Source: a virus. From it: 64,000 nucleotides of DNA. The position numbers were made by a program, and so were the translations under genes. Below, piece by piece: positions 46,604-56,293 of this stretch. Below the pieces are notes generated by a model. That model saw only the letters and a list, made by a program, of their open reading frames with translations, ran no database searches and was not told where the DNA came from. Every line of letters begins with the position of its first letter. Within the stretch, counting starts at the first letter, position 1. Location of the stretch: IMG/VR virus record IMGVR_UViG_3300021962_000056, positions 28,532-92,531 of that record, one strand, 5' to 3'.

Positions 46604-46788
46604 TCCTCGACCTTCCTCTTGATCTCAGCCAGGACAGCCTCCAGCACATCGGCCCGGTGCTCGACGGCGTAGAGCATTCGCTCGATGTTGCGGCAGACTT
46701 CAGCCGGCGCCACCTGGTTCGCCGGGTGTTTGTCTCCCGGTATCAATGGCCAGCAAACGGCGTCTGTCATGGGTGTGTCGGTTCTCAT
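46600..46788 (-). CDS. Phage protein, DTP(M/R)TD family
   Basis: MRTDTPMTDA...VCRNIER resembles the N-terminus of 939-1208. Confidence 0.6.
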   Translation of the reverse strand: MRTDTPMTDAVCWPLIPGDKHPANQVAPAEVCRNIERMLYAVEHRADVLEAVLAEIKRKVEE

Positions 46789-47006
46789 GGTATCTCGCTT
46801 AGTTCTTTGATGATCGTGTTCCGCTCGCGTCCCTTTGCTCGCACGATGAGTTGAAGCAGTGTGATAGGGTCCACCGTGGAAACGTGCTGCCAATATGGTC
46901 TGGCTGCGTCGAGTTCCCGTGCGCGGTCGATGTCCACCACAAGCACTTCGCTGGTCATCTTGTGCTTGTAGACGAACGCGACTGAGAGGTCTGGTGAGAT
47001 GCTCAC
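46785..47006 (-). CDS. Hypothetical protein spanning the A/B junction (5' part repeated at 1-106)
   Basis: GTGA-coupled start; frame open across 46901. Confidence 0.6.
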   Translation of the reverse strand: MSISPDLSVAFVYKHKMTSEVLVVDIDRARELDAARPYWQHVSTVDPITLLQLIVRAKGRERNTIIKELSEIP

Positions 47007-47221
47007 GGCTTTGCCCCCTTCTTGGCCTGTTTCCATTCACGCAAAGCGGAATCGACATCCATGCCACCCATGTGGCTTCTGTTGAACATCATCCAAACCA
47101 GAATGCTGTCCCCAGCGTCCTCGATTCGTTCAATGCGCTTCTTCAACGCTTCGTTCTCTGCTCGCAGTTTGTCGCGTTCCTCAAATAGGTCGACGACCAG
47201 CTTGTTGTTGAAGTCACTCAC
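47003..47221 (-). CDS. Copy of 103-321 protein
   Basis: Near-identical; ends KGAKP. Confidence 0.75.
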   Translation of the reverse strand: MSDFNNKLVVDLFEERDKLRAENEALKKRIERIEDAGDSILVWMMFNRSHMGGMDVDSALREWKQAKKGAKP

Positions 47222-47451
47222 GGCTTGGCCTCCTTGGCCTGTCTCCAGTTGATTCGCACCGTGACTGGTGTTTCTCGGCCTAGCCATGAGTCCAAGTCGT
47301 CTCCAGCCTTCTTTAGCTTCTTGATCCGGTCCTGCAGGTACTCGACCAGCTCCTTCAGCTCGTTCACATCGGATTGAAGCTCGCGGATCTTTGTGGCCTG
47401 TGGGTCGATTGTAGTCACCGTATTCGACGTTGGTATTGTGTAGTCGCTCAT
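47218..47451 (-). CDS. Copy of 318-551 protein
   Basis: Identical protein. Confidence 0.75.
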   Translation of the reverse strand: MSDYTIPTSNTVTTIDPQATKIRELQSDVNELKELVEYLQDRIKKLKKAGDDLDSWLGRETPVTVRINWRQAKEAKP

Positions 47452-47639
47452 TTGCACTCCTTCCATTTGAACTGATTTTTACCCGCGCAATCGACCACCC
47501 ACTCAGCATGGCCTTTCCTTACGGCTTCTTCGCGCATCATGCTCTTGCCAAGCTGATCGCCCCACAGGATGGCTAAGGACAGAAAACAACCGGCTACAAG
47601 TCCGTACATGCATTGTTCTAAAAGTGAAATTCTACTCAC
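47448..47639 (-). CDS. Copy of 548-739 protein
   Basis: Identical protein with synonymous changes, which supports coding. Confidence 0.75.
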   Translation of the reverse strand: MSRISLLEQCMYGLVAGCFLSLAILWGDQLGKSMMREEAVRKGHAEWVVDCAGKNQFKWKECK

Positions 47640-47842
47640 GGCTTGGCCTCCTGCTCACGCCACAACAACAGATCCGCTCGCATGGCATCGTTCTCCTGCT
47701 CTAGTTGGGCGATGCGCATATGCTGCTCCGCTAGTCGCTCCGCTGCTTCAGCGACTGCCGCGTTGGCCGCGCCATCGTCGGATTGAATATCCTGAGACAA
47801 CATCCGCATGGCTGCGATCAGTGTTTCGGTTGAGGTTTTCAC
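47636..47842 (-). CDS. Copy of 736-942 protein
   Basis: One amino-acid change (I/M). Confidence 0.72.
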   Translation of the reverse strand: MKTSTETLIAAMRMLSQDIQSDDGAANAAVAEAAERLAEQHMRIAQLEQENDAMRADLLLWREQEAKP

Positions 47843-48180
47843 AGCTTGGCCTCCTTGGCTTTGTACCATTGCTTGATTGCTTCGTATTCTTCATCGTCGT
47901 TATTTGCGTTCAGTATCACATCCCCCGCCTCCTCCAGCCGCTTGATGCGCTGATGCTGCTCCTCCGCTCCTTCGTAGAGGTGCGCTACTTTCGCAGTCAG
48001 TCTCAAGTTCTCCTCCTCAAGCAGTTGCTGCTGCCGGATGATTTGATTGGCTGCGTTGAGTTCGCGTTCTAGTTCTCTAGCATGATTGACCCATCGCTGT
48101 GGGCAGTTGCCCTGATGAACGAATCCGTAAGCGTCCAGAATTTCAGTCAGACAGCCGTCCGTTCTTGGTGTGTCGCTCAT
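47839..48180 (-). CDS. Mosaic allele of 939-1208
   Basis: Shared MSDTPR, ERELNAAN and C-terminus; different intervening segments. Confidence 0.75.
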   Translation of the reverse strand: MSDTPRTDGCLTEILDAYGFVHQGNCPQRWVNHARELERELNAANQIIRQQQLLEEENLRLTAKVAHLYEGAEEQHQRIKRLEEAGDVILNANNDDEEYEAIKQWYKAKEAKL

Positions 48181-48545
48181 TTCTCCTCCTCCACGACGCC
48201 ACACGGCAACCACGTTTTACCGCCGTCGGTGCTGTGTTCACGTTCCTCAAGCCATAGCTCTCTGTCAGCTTGTCCGGATACCCATCCAAGAAGATGCCGA
48301 TCATATGGAGCTTTCTTGAACCGTATCCACGCACCAAGCGGAACCTCATCCGCAGTCCATGGGCGGAGCGTCTGCTTGATGCGGTAGTCGTAGCTGTCAA
48401 AGTCCCACCACGGCGCGTCTGTATCGCACCAATCTGGCTTCAACACGCTTCTTGAATCGCACTTCTTTATGCGATGCTGGATTTCGTATCCATCCACATA
48501 CGCATCCATGATGCGGATGGCTTCTTTGGTTTGTTCTCGTGTCAT
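48177..48545 (-). CDS. Phage protein, W(D/N)F...YRIK family
   Basis: MDAYVDGYEIQ...PWWDFDSYDYRIK; coupled. Confidence 0.7.
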   Translation of the reverse strand: MTREQTKEAIRIMDAYVDGYEIQHRIKKCDSRSVLKPDWCDTDAPWWDFDSYDYRIKQTLRPWTADEVPLGAWIRFKKAPYDRHLLGWVSGQADRELWLEEREHSTDGGKTWLPCGVVEEEK

Positions 48546-49189
48546 TTCGATTCCTCGATAGCTTGATGGATGACGGAGAATTCCTTGGCGAAGATCGTAT
48601 CGCGGATGGCTGTGGCGATGTCGCGATGCTCCTTTTGAGTGCCTTTGGCGCACCGCTGGTCAAAGTAGTGAATCCATGAGCGGATGTTGCCGGTCATGTA
48701 CAACGTCGTCTGCGTACAGAGTGGTAGAACCATGCGCGCTGTCTCGCGGCTAACGCCCTCGTTCAGCAGCGTACGATAGGTTCTGAACGCCAGATCGACT
48801 GACTTGGCAACAACCTCATTGGCCCACTCCTGAGGAAATGTTTCACCGCTTCCTTGGCGATTGGCTCGGTCCTGCGTACGAAGCTCGACCGGCTCCGCTG
48901 CGTCGCTCGGCGCATAACGCTGGCTGAACTCCTGAAAGCAGAAACTGCGATGGCGCAGGATCTGGGCGGAGATGGCGCGGCTGGTCTGGATTTCAACGGT
49001 CATGCTCGCTTGTTCGAAGATGCTCCAATGGCCGTGCTTGATGCAGTAGGCCAATAGCTTCGGTGCGGTGAGAAGGCTCATCTGGTTCGACGGATTGCTG
49101 ACCCTCGCGGCGAACGTGATGAAATCGGAGGCGGTCATTGTTCCGTCGCCGATGGTTGGTTTTGTGATGGCTACAAGTCTGACTTTCAT
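48542..49189 (-). CDS. thyX: FAD-dependent thymidylate synthase
   Basis: HWSIFE, QILRHRSFCFQEFSQRY, RETARMVLP, TQKEHR. Confidence 0.95.
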   Translation of the reverse strand: MKVRLVAITKPTIGDGTMTASDFITFAARVSNPSNQMSLLTAPKLLAYCIKHGHWSIFEQASMTVEIQTSRAISAQILRHRSFCFQEFSQRYAPSDAAEPVELRTQDRANRQGSGETFPQEWANEVVAKSVDLAFRTYRTLLNEGVSRETARMVLPLCTQTTLYMTGNIRSWIHYFDQRCAKGTQKEHRDIATAIRDTIFAKEFSVIHQAIEESK

Positions 49190-49270
49190 GGATACGATTT
49201 TGAATTCTCTGGTTTGCTGATTGAGCGTTATTTAGGGAATACGCTCCCCTCCACGAAATGTCCGCGCTGA

Positions 49271-49693
49271 TTAGAACGGCTTCTCCTCAGGGGCGGCGGG
49301 AGCGAGCGGCTTCATCGCCTTGAGGCGGAGAGTCTTCTTCTTCTCGCCGTTGAATTCGTACTCCTCGAAGCGGGTGACGATGCCAAGCTGAAGACCGATC
49401 ATGGCCTTGAGGAAATTGGCAAAGCTGCCTTTGGTTCCAAGGAAATCGACCTCAGTGCCATCGGGAACGTTGTGGTTCGTGGCGGCAACCAACTGATTCA
49501 CGCGGAACCAAGTGTTTTCCTGATTGATGAAGCGGTCGGTGATGCTCGCACCTTCGTCGGTTGCGAAGGTAACCTTGCAGACCTCGCGGCCTTTAACATC
49601 GAGGTTTTCTTCGACCTTCATCACGGTGACAGTGTACTCGCCTTCAGCGTTGATGTAATTGCTTCCGGCGTCCTTACGATTGACTTTGAACAT
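49271..49693 (-). CDS. Putative phage ssDNA-binding protein (DUF669-like)
   Basis: EGEYTVTV, EEYEFNGE, PF C-terminus; follows the recombination genes. Confidence 0.6.
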   Translation of the reverse strand: MFKVNRKDAGSNYINAEGEYTVTVMKVEENLDVKGREVCKVTFATDEGASITDRFINQENTWFRVNQLVAATNHNVPDGTEVDFLGTKGSFANFLKAMIGLQLGIVTRFEEYEFNGEKKKTLRLKAMKPLAPAAPEEKPF

Positions 49694-49716
49694 AATTGTT
49701 AGGTTTCGATTTTGGT

Positions 49717-50511
49717 TTAGGTTTCCGATTTATTCAGCACCCATTTTGGGCATGAAAGTGTGATGGTTGTCGTTGGGTAGGCTGGCCAACTGTCCAGTGC
49801 GCGGCACTCATGCAGCGTCGAGATTGCTTTGCGGCGCATGTTCTCACCGGCCTGAAGCCATTCGGCGTCCAGCTTGTAGATGCCGACCGCGTACGGTGCC
49901 TTACGCTCGACCGCCACGAAGATGAAGTTCTCCGCGCCGGTCATGGCAAGGTAATGCGCCGCCTGCATGTGATAGGCAAACGTGCCGATGGTTCGGCTGA
50001 ACGCTTCTGGCGATGCGTCGTCGGTCGTCTTAACATCGACCAGGGTATGATCCTCGACCCACATGTCGGGCCGTGCTTTAAGAGGTAGGCCAGTCTGTTC
50101 GTCCTCAGCAAAGACCGATGCTTCGATCTTGTTGTCGAGATGCGTGATGTCCCAGAACGGATGGCGGCGGACAGAGTTGGCGACGCCCTGCACATCGATG
50201 TCCTCAGCATGGGTCAGATGGATGCGAGACTTGTGCATCTCCTTCCACGCCTTGCCTTCCTTGGTACGACCGTCGATATCCGGCGGGATGACGGCGACAA
50301 CCTGCGAATAGAGATGCGGCTCCAGAACAGCGGTATGAATCGCCGTCCCCATCTGCATCGCTTTGCTCGGCTCCTGATGCTCCTCCAGCGCGGCGCGGTA
50401 GTGAGCCGGTGACTTGAGGATCTTGGACATCATGCTTTTGGAGAGAGCATCAATGGCGTGATACTTCTCGGCTGGCATGTCGAAATTAACGTGGCGGTTT
50501 AGAATACTCAT
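49717..50511 (-). CDS. PD-(D/E)XK exonuclease (RecE-like, DUF3799 type)
   Basis: YHA..ALSKS, GTAIH..VLEP, KARPD, DVKTT, YHMQAAHY. Confidence 0.9.
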   Translation of the reverse strand: MSILNRHVNFDMPAEKYHAIDALSKSMMSKILKSPAHYRAALEEHQEPSKAMQMGTAIHTAVLEPHLYSQVVAVIPPDIDGRTKEGKAWKEMHKSRIHLTHAEDIDVQGVANSVRRHPFWDITHLDNKIEASVFAEDEQTGLPLKARPDMWVEDHTLVDVKTTDDASPEAFSRTIGTFAYHMQAAHYLAMTGAENFIFVAVERKAPYAVGIYKLDAEWLQAGENMRRKAISTLHECRALDSWPAYPTTTITLSCPKWVLNKSET

Positions 50512-51341
50512 TCGGTCGGAGGGTTGGCGAACGCCTTGGCCTTGGAGATGAAACCGTCCGCATCGGCGATAATCATGTTGGCCACCTTGGTGCTGACATC
50601 GCGGAAGTTCTGGTCGGGCTTGATGAGGTTCTTGCTGATGAGGAACGCATTGGCCGCTTCGGAATGTGGCTCAAGAATCTGCTCCAGCTTCTCAACGAGC
50701 GAGAAGGTCGATTCCGGCGTCACATTGACCGTCTGGCGCGTCGGCACGGTCGGAGCGGGTGCTGACGGCGTGGCGGAGAAATCGGCCACCTCCTCGGGAC
50801 TGTACCGGCCTTGCGTGATGCGCGGATCGAGCATCCGAGTCGCTTTGCTGATGAGGCGCGCACGGAGCATCTCAGCGGGGAACTTCGCCCAGCCGCTACC
50901 GGGTTTGGCCGGAAGAAGACCAGCTTGCTTCGCATCGTCCGATGTGAAGGACACGCGCACCTTCTTTGCGTTCTTGCTGAAATCGGCAATCGCGGCCTGA
51001 CCGTCGAACTGAATCCAGTCGATGTCCCATCCGGCGTCCATCAGACCGGCGAGCATCGACTCGCTCTTCATCGTGATGTTACCATTGATGAGGTGATTGC
51101 TCTTCTTCCAGCTCAATGGCGTCTGCTTGCTGGCGATGCACTCCAAAGCGAGGACGTATCCCTGCTCTGGCTTTGTCGCTCCGAACATGCCGGAGTGTGC
51201 TATCCAGTCGCCAAGCTGCTTGACCGAATCAAGCGAGGTGCATGCTTGGGAATAGAATTCGCTATCAGGCTGCGGGGCTAGGGGCTGCGTCGGTTGAGAC
51301 GGTACTGCTACCGTCAGTGTGGCTGCTTGGTTGCTGCTCAT
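50508..51341 (-). CDS. Putative RecT-like annealing protein
   Basis: DAKQAGL, WAKFPAEMLRAR.IS..R..DP...G.YSPEE; next to the exonuclease. Confidence 0.7.
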   Translation of the reverse strand: MSSNQAATLTVAVPSQPTQPLAPQPDSEFYSQACTSLDSVKQLGDWIAHSGMFGATKPEQGYVLALECIASKQTPLSWKKSNHLINGNITMKSESMLAGLMDAGWDIDWIQFDGQAAIADFSKNAKKVRVSFTSDDAKQAGLLPAKPGSGWAKFPAEMLRARLISKATRMLDPRITQGRYSPEEVADFSATPSAPAPTVPTRQTVNVTPESTFSLVEKLEQILEPHSEAANAFLISKNLIKPDQNFRDVSTKVANMIIADADGFISKAKAFANPPTE

Positions 51342-51561
51342 TGGTTGTATTCTCTGTCTGCTGTTTTTGTTTGCGCTGGTACGGGTTCACGGCTCCGGTC
51401 ATTGCTCGACTCTCAAGAATCGCGGCGATGTCGGCTTCCGTGAACAAAATGCGTCGGCCAATTCTTCGGTGCTGGATGCCGTCGTGACGAACAATGCGAC
51501 GGAGGGTTTCCGTGCAAATCTGGAGCATCGCTGCTGTGTCTTTGGCGGTGTAGACTTTCAT
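51265..51561 (-). CDS. Excisionase-like HTH (HTH_17) protein
   Basis: YTAKDTAAMLQI..ETLRR......RIGRRILF. Confidence 0.8.
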   Translation of the reverse strand: MKVYTAKDTAAMLQICTETLRRIVRHDGIQHRRIGRRILFTEADIAAILESRAMTGAVNPYQRKQKQQTENTTNEQQPSSHTDGSSTVSTDAAPSPAA

Positions 51562-51790
51562 CGATCAGGTGTTCAGTGGGCTGAGACTGCGGCCTGTCGG
51601 AAGCTCTCCTTCCGCTCTAGTCCAGATCGAATTGAGAGGGCCGCAACCGGATGTTGAATCAGGGAATCCAATAAAACCCCGTCGCGAGTTCTCCTCGCGC
51701 GCTAGTTCCGATTGCAGAAAATTGGTCATTGTTGCGGACGTAGTGTTGCAGTTGTCTGAAGTAGAGTCAATGGCGAAGTGAAAGTTTTTT

Positions 51791-52366
51791 TCAGCTCCAT
51801 GCTGCGGCGATGTTTGCGGCTAGTTGGGACGACGGATCGTCGCGCTTTTTCAAGCCTTCGCATGCCGCCTTTTGCGCTGCCCTGATCCGCTCTTTCTCCT
51901 CCTCATCGTGGCTCAAAAGCACGTTCTCCATCTTGCGTCGCTCCAGATACTCCTCCTCGGTTTCATCGTCCTCATCGTCATCCTCGACAACCGATTCCTT
52001 CAGGTTGGCCAACTGCTTGGACAGTCTTTTGATTTCTCGCGTCGCCTTGCGGAGTTCGGCGTCCATCGCGATGACTCGACGCTCCAAGGCGCGATGCTCG
52101 GCCAGAATCATCTGATGCGAGCTTTCATCCTTCGGCGGCATCCAATCGCATCCCTTCCAGACGCGATGAACCTTGTCGAAAACCAAGACCCTCGACCGGG
52201 GATTTCTCATGCTGTTGAAGGCGGCAACCGCACGGCCAACCTCCCAGCCCGTGTTCTCCATGATGTAGGCCACAATCTGCGAGCGGTTCGGGTCGATGTC
52301 GTGATGCAGGGGCGGCATCAATCTGAACATGCTGCGGTGTGTTGCTCCGTTTTCCAGATAACTCAT
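51791..52366 (-). CDS. Hypothetical coiled-coil protein with acidic tract
   Basis: Preceded by TTGACC-N17-CACTTT-N9-ATG. Confidence 0.65.
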   Translation of the reverse strand: MSYLENGATHRSMFRLMPPLHHDIDPNRSQIVAYIMENTGWEVGRAVAAFNSMRNPRSRVLVFDKVHRVWKGCDWMPPKDESSHQMILAEHRALERRVIAMDAELRKATREIKRLSKQLANLKESVVEDDDEDDETEEEYLERRKMENVLLSHDEEEKERIRAAQKAACEGLKKRDDPSSQLAANIAAAWS

Positions 52367-52770
52367 ACTGCAAAGAAAGTGAAATGAAGACTACGCACGG
52401 TCAACTGAGAATTTGATGCGACACATTTCTCCATCAGAAAGTTAGCTTAAATTTGTAGCTATTCATCTGAAAGATAAACATTACCCCCTTATAAACAAGG
52501 GGGGTAAATTCGGAAACGGCTCCTCGGGGCGGCTGTGTGCGCCGCCCGAGCCGTTCCGAATATTGGGGAAGAGATGCGTTTCCATCGCTCAATCGCTCGG
52601 TTCGAATGCTCGCCAAACGCTCTAAACGCCTCATTGGCGCGTTTTGATGGCGCGGGTGCGTGTTGGTGGCGGATGCGGTGTTTTCGATGCTAGAATCGAA
52701 TCGTTCAAAAGTCATGGTTTTGGATGCGCTGGATGCGGTGCTGGTGGCCTACCTCTCATCGGATAAAAAG

Positions 52771-53043
52771 TTATCCGGCGGATTTTGGATTTTCGATGCG
52801 GACGATGAAGACGGGGGTTAGTTCGCCGACATAGGCTCCGGCCTGATTGAACTCATGGTACTCGACCGCCTCCTCGTAGGTCATGCCGTGGCTTTGAAGC
52901 TGGGCGATGACCTTCTCATAGTCGTAGGCGACGACCGGCTCGCCGCCGAAGCTATGGCATATCCCAATGATGCAGTCATCGAAGCCGTCCATGAGCAGAA
53001 GCTCATCATCGATGTCGGCCAGAAGTTCTCGGATTGTTCTCAT
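52771..53043 (-). CDS. Conserved phage protein
   Basis: DGFDDCIIG...VAYD...EEAVEY.EFN..GAYVGE.TP.F. Confidence 0.8.
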   Translation of the reverse strand: MRTIRELLADIDDELLLMDGFDDCIIGICHSFGGEPVVAYDYEKVIAQLQSHGMTYEEAVEYHEFNQAGAYVGELTPVFIVRIENPKSAG

Positions 53044-53300
53044 GGGTTATTTTTGGTCCGCTCCGGTATCGGATAGATGTCGTAGTCCTCGCTCATCTCG
53101 ACCGGGACGACCCGAATGCGGCCCTGCGTGTATTCGCCGGGATTGAGTTCCTTCGCCGCTTGCTCCGCCTCCTTGCGGCTTGCGTATTCGATTGTTTGAA
53201 AGCTGACGACGCGCTGCTTCAGGTCTGACCAGCCTATCGCGCCGGATATCTGCACCTTGAAGGCTGGCGGTGCGAAGAGATTGCGCTTGGGGCTGATCAT
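53040..53300 (-). CDS. Hypothetical early protein (paralogue of 54448-54654)
   Basis: FKVQI....GWSDL...RIRVVP versus YKIQL....GWSDL...RIVP. Confidence 0.65.
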   Translation of the reverse strand: MISPKRNLFAPPAFKVQISGAIGWSDLKQRVVSFQTIEYASRKEAEQAAKELNPGEYTQGRIRVVPVEMSEDYDIYPIPERTKNNP

Positions 53301-53581
53301 GGATAGATGCCTCCGTTGCGGAAGAGCGAGATAAGATCGACCGCATCGTCGATCATCTCCTCCCGTCGCGAGCGGCCCTCGTCGTTGGAGTCCTTGAACA
53401 TCCGCGCGTAGAAAAGGGAGTCTTCAAGAATGCTCGCAATTTTCGACGCGGCCATCAGTCGATAGCCAAGCTCGCGCGCGAGAATGTCGCTTGGCAACGC
53501 GGATTCGTTTTTAACCTCTGGCAGGAGCATTATCAGCTCTCCAAGCGACAGATTGCGCGCCTCCAGTTCTGCGGTTGTCAT
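53297..53581 (-). CDS. Hypothetical early protein
   Basis: Coupled ORF. Confidence 0.6.
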   Translation of the reverse strand: MTTAELEARNLSLGELIMLLPEVKNESALPSDILARELGYRLMAASKIASILEDSLFYARMFKDSNDEGRSRREEMIDDAVDLISLFRNGGIYP

Positions 53582-53583
53582 AG

Positions 53584-53829
53584 TCAGGGTAGCTTCTCGT
53601 CGTTCGGATTGCCTTCGAATGCTGGAGCGATTCTATCCCCTGCCTCGCGTTCGATAATCAGCTCAAGAATCTGCTCGCCGTTGGCCGCGACGATGGAGCA
53701 AATATGCTTCTCCTCGTCGTAGATTGAGAGCGGCGTCGCCTGATGCTCCTGTATCTCGCCATTGATGACCGCATTGAACAGGTCGATGATCGTTTGGGCG
53801 TTCTGTTTGCTCTGAATGGTTAGTTTCAT
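53584..53829 (-). CDS. Hypothetical early protein
   Basis: Coupled ORF. Confidence 0.6.
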   Translation of the reverse strand: MKLTIQSKQNAQTIIDLFNAVINGEIQEHQATPLSIYDEEKHICSIVAANGEQILELIIEREAGDRIAPAFEGNPNDEKLP

Positions 53830-54191
53830 TTGATGGCTATTGATTGCTGGTTCCGCTGGTTTTCTATCTTGGAAAGCTCGCGCATGACCCGCTTGGCATA
53901 GGCGCGCGTGGAAGCCTTTCTAAGACCTTTTGGCCCACCTTGCCAGAGCCGAGCGAGACTTTCGTCGCTGAGGTTGCGTCCGTAGTGCGCGAGGTATCTG
54001 GTAGCTATGTCGATGGAGACTTGGCGATTCGTTACCTGCTGGTGCGCGTAGGACGTTCCCATGATCCGGTTTACGTCGCGCACAAGGATTGCCTTAATCT
54101 GAAGCGCGCCAAGCTCGCCATGACGGCCTTTAGCTTGGTCGTTGCCGCCGGATTCGACCGCGATGAGTGCGGAGAGGAGAAGGGGGTGCAT
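53826..54191 (-). CDS. Lysozyme-like / transglycosylase-fold protein
   Basis: ALIAVESGGND.A.GRHGELGALQI, DVNR, LARLWQGGP. Confidence 0.75.
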   Translation of the reverse strand: MHPLLLSALIAVESGGNDQAKGRHGELGALQIKAILVRDVNRIMGTSYAHQQVTNRQVSIDIATRYLAHYGRNLSDESLARLWQGGPKGLRKASTRAYAKRVMRELSKIENQRNQQSIAIK

Positions 54192-54193
54192 GG

Positions 54194-54451
54194 TTAGTTT
54201 CCTTTCGCCTTGGCGATTATTTCCCGCGCGTAGTCTAGGTCTTCGTCGTCGGCCATTGGGTGGGTGAGACGTTCGAGAGCAAGGAGCATTTGAGGGGCTG
54301 CGGCAATGATGCGTGCGTTTGCCAGTTTCTCAGGCTCCGGCGTTTCCGCGTTCGCGTGGTGGTTGGTTGCCCAGCAAATCAGCGCGTCGCCAGCGCGGAC
54401 GTTAGGGCCGGTTTGACGCCAAGGGCCGGGGGTAAATGGGGTTGTTTTCAT
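54194..54451 (-). CDS. Phage protein, TPGPW...NARIIAAAP family
   Basis: Motifs. Confidence 0.75.
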   Translation of the reverse strand: MKTTPFTPGPWRQTGPNVRAGDALICWATNHHANAETPEPEKLANARIIAAAPQMLLALERLTHPMADDEDLDYAREIIAKAKGN

Positions 54452-54654
54452 GCGTAGATATTCTCGGTTTCGGGGACGCTCGCGGGGACGATGCGCGTAG
54501 ACTCTAGGAATTCGGACAGTTCGCTAAACTCCTCGCGCGCGGCATCCGCAAGTTCGCGCGTAGGAAAGAAACAGGTTTCGTACGGTCCGCCGTCGATTGA
54601 TTCGCGAAGGTCAGACCATCCGTTTGGGGTTTCTAGTTGGATTTTGTAGCGCAT
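54448..54654 (-). CDS. Hypothetical early protein
   Basis: AAACCC-ATG leader; paralogue of 53040-53300. Confidence 0.65.
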   Translation of the reverse strand: MRYKIQLETPNGWSDLRESIDGGPYETCFFPTRELADAAREEFSELSEFLESTRIVPASVPETENIYA

Positions 54655-54659
54655 GGGTT

Positions 54660-54914
54660 TCAGGCGTGGGGAGTGGTGAGCATAATGACGCGCCAATCTA
54701 CCGAATGAATATCGGGGGTTGCGTCGGACCATCCCTGCATTTCAGTCCGGCCATCGTCGTGGATTGCTTCAGAATCCGCACCGGATGCGCCGGACTCCTG
54801 ATGCCACCAGCGGCGGATGTCGCGCACATAATCAGCCGCAACATGGTGCGGACCGACATGGATGGTGATTTGGGTTTCTCCGGATTTCAGACGGTCGATG
54901 ATATGGTTTTGCAT
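54660..54914 (-). CDS. Hypothetical early protein
   Basis: AAAACCC-ATG leader just after the upstream stop. Confidence 0.55.
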   Translation of the reverse strand: MQNHIIDRLKSGETQITIHVGPHHVAADYVRDIRRWWHQESGASGADSEAIHDDGRTEMQGWSDATPDIHSVDWRVIMLTTPHA

Positions 54915-54922
54915 GGGTTTTC

Positions 54923-55540
54923 TCACGCGTTGACGGTTTCGTATTTGAAGGTTTCGGCGAACAAATGCCCCTCGCGCGCGCCGGATTCGAGTCCGCCAAG
55001 TTCGCAACGCTCCGCTTCCGTTGCGCTTAATTGCCGCGCGTAGGCATTCCAATGTCCGCGCGCGTCGCAATGCGGGATGCCGCAGGATTTGTGGAGAGTC
55101 TGCGCGAAGGCATGGAAAAAATCGTCGCGAATGGATTCGACAACATGGTCCGAATCGATGGCGCGGAGGAGTTCCGCGTCCATGAGGGAAAGGCGCATTT
55201 GCGGTAGAATACATTCGACAACAAAGTCCCGCGCATCGGCCCAGACTTGCTGGAATGCGTTGGTGACAATGAGGAGGGAATCGTCCTCGAAAAGATAGTA
55301 TCGCGAGGCATCGGCGGACGAGTCCGCGCGGAAACATTCGCGTACCTGAACGTCGGCGCACCATGTTAGGTAGGATTGAAGTTCACTGCGGTCATCGTCG
55401 GACAGGACACTGTCTGGGGATGCGTAGGATTTCCAGAGGTACACCTGCGCGGACTGCGGGAGGTTGTCAGGATCGAATGCGCGGAGGACGGAATCGCGCG
55501 CGATAATGCGTTGAAGGATGGGGACAAGTTTTGGATTCAT
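54923..55540 (-). CDS. Hypothetical early protein
   Basis: ATG after hairpin and A/C-rich leader. Confidence 0.6.
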   Translation of the reverse strand: MNPKLVPILQRIIARDSVLRAFDPDNLPQSAQVYLWKSYASPDSVLSDDDRSELQSYLTWCADVQVRECFRADSSADASRYYLFEDDSLLIVTNAFQQVWADARDFVVECILPQMRLSLMDAELLRAIDSDHVVESIRDDFFHAFAQTLHKSCGIPHCDARGHWNAYARQLSATEAERCELGGLESGAREGHLFAETFKYETVNA

Positions 55541-55621
55541 GATGCGGGATTGGTTGGGGATAGGTGGCCTACCCTTTCGCGTCACACTTTCGCATGGCGC
55601 GCGGAGGATGGGCCGGACTAT

Positions 55622-55828
55622 TCAGTCCAGACTGTCCCAAAGGGGTTGCAAGGTTGTCTGGCCTGAATAGTGGACCGTGTAGCGCGGAGGATTAGCAACG
55701 CCAGTCTCGCGCCAAAGGTCTAATTGCTGGCGCGCGTAGGATATCGCGTCGTCGTGAGTCTTTGCCCAATGCACAAGCTGAGGCTTCGATCCGCTCGCAA
55801 GCGAGGTTTGCATGACGTAGTAATTCAT
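55622..55828 (-). CDS. Hypothetical early protein
   Basis: ORF bounded by a leader and a downstream hairpin. Confidence 0.55.
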   Translation of the reverse strand: MNYYVMQTSLASGSKPQLVHWAKTHDDAISYARQQLDLWRETGVANPPRYTVHYSGQTTLQPLWDSLD

Positions 55829-55849
55829 GGATGCGCGGGGAAAGGAATT

Positions 55850-56293
55850 TCAGTTGAACCAACGTGAGGCAATGCCGCGTCCGAACGTCTCGCGAGCGAA
55901 TTTCCGAACGTCCGGCGTCACGTTGTCCCGATAGAAACGCCAAATGACGTTCGAAAGCGTTCGGCAGACTGCGGCGCGATATTCGGTGGGGAAATATTGT
56001 CCCGTGCAATAGTCCAACTCCCCGCGCGCGGAATCGAATGTCAGACGGCCCGTTTCCAATTCGCGCATGAGGAATTCAACGGGTATGGACGAATTCTCAA
56101 CAAACGACAGAAGCGCGCGCGCGTCGCGTCCATGCTGGAGAATGCGGTTTCTGTCTGAACGCAAGGCGTCCATTCCGGCATTGTCGCGCCAGTCGGACGC
56201 ATAATTGCGCCAGTCTAAACTGGAGCGTTGCGCGGCGAATGCGCGCAGCTTGGCGCAGATTTCGGATTTTGTGATGGTGGATTGAGCGGTCAT
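55850..56293 (-). CDS. Conserved phage early protein
   Basis: GRLT....LDYCTGQYFPTEYRAAVC...FGRGIASRWF. Confidence 0.7.
   Translation of the reverse strand: MTAQSTITKSEICAKLRAFAAQRSSLDWRNYASDWRDNAGMDALRSDRNRILQHGRDARALLSFVENSSIPVEFLMRELETGRLTFDSARGELDYCTGQYFPTEYRAAVCRTLSNVIWRFYRDNVTPDVRKFARETFGRGIASRWFN

Larger units (their letters stand above)
46901..47940. repeat. Copy 2 of ~1.04-kb block
   Basis: See 1-1040. Confidence 0.97.

Noticed and set aside
51265-51561. Evidence for a prophage or lysogeny module
   Set aside because: The excisionase-like HTH stands alone; no integrase, CI-like repressor, att site or host genes seen.
51562-51730. 54-codon ORF behind a TTGACT promoter
   Set aside because: No protein-like features; more likely an untranslated leader of B's recombination operon.
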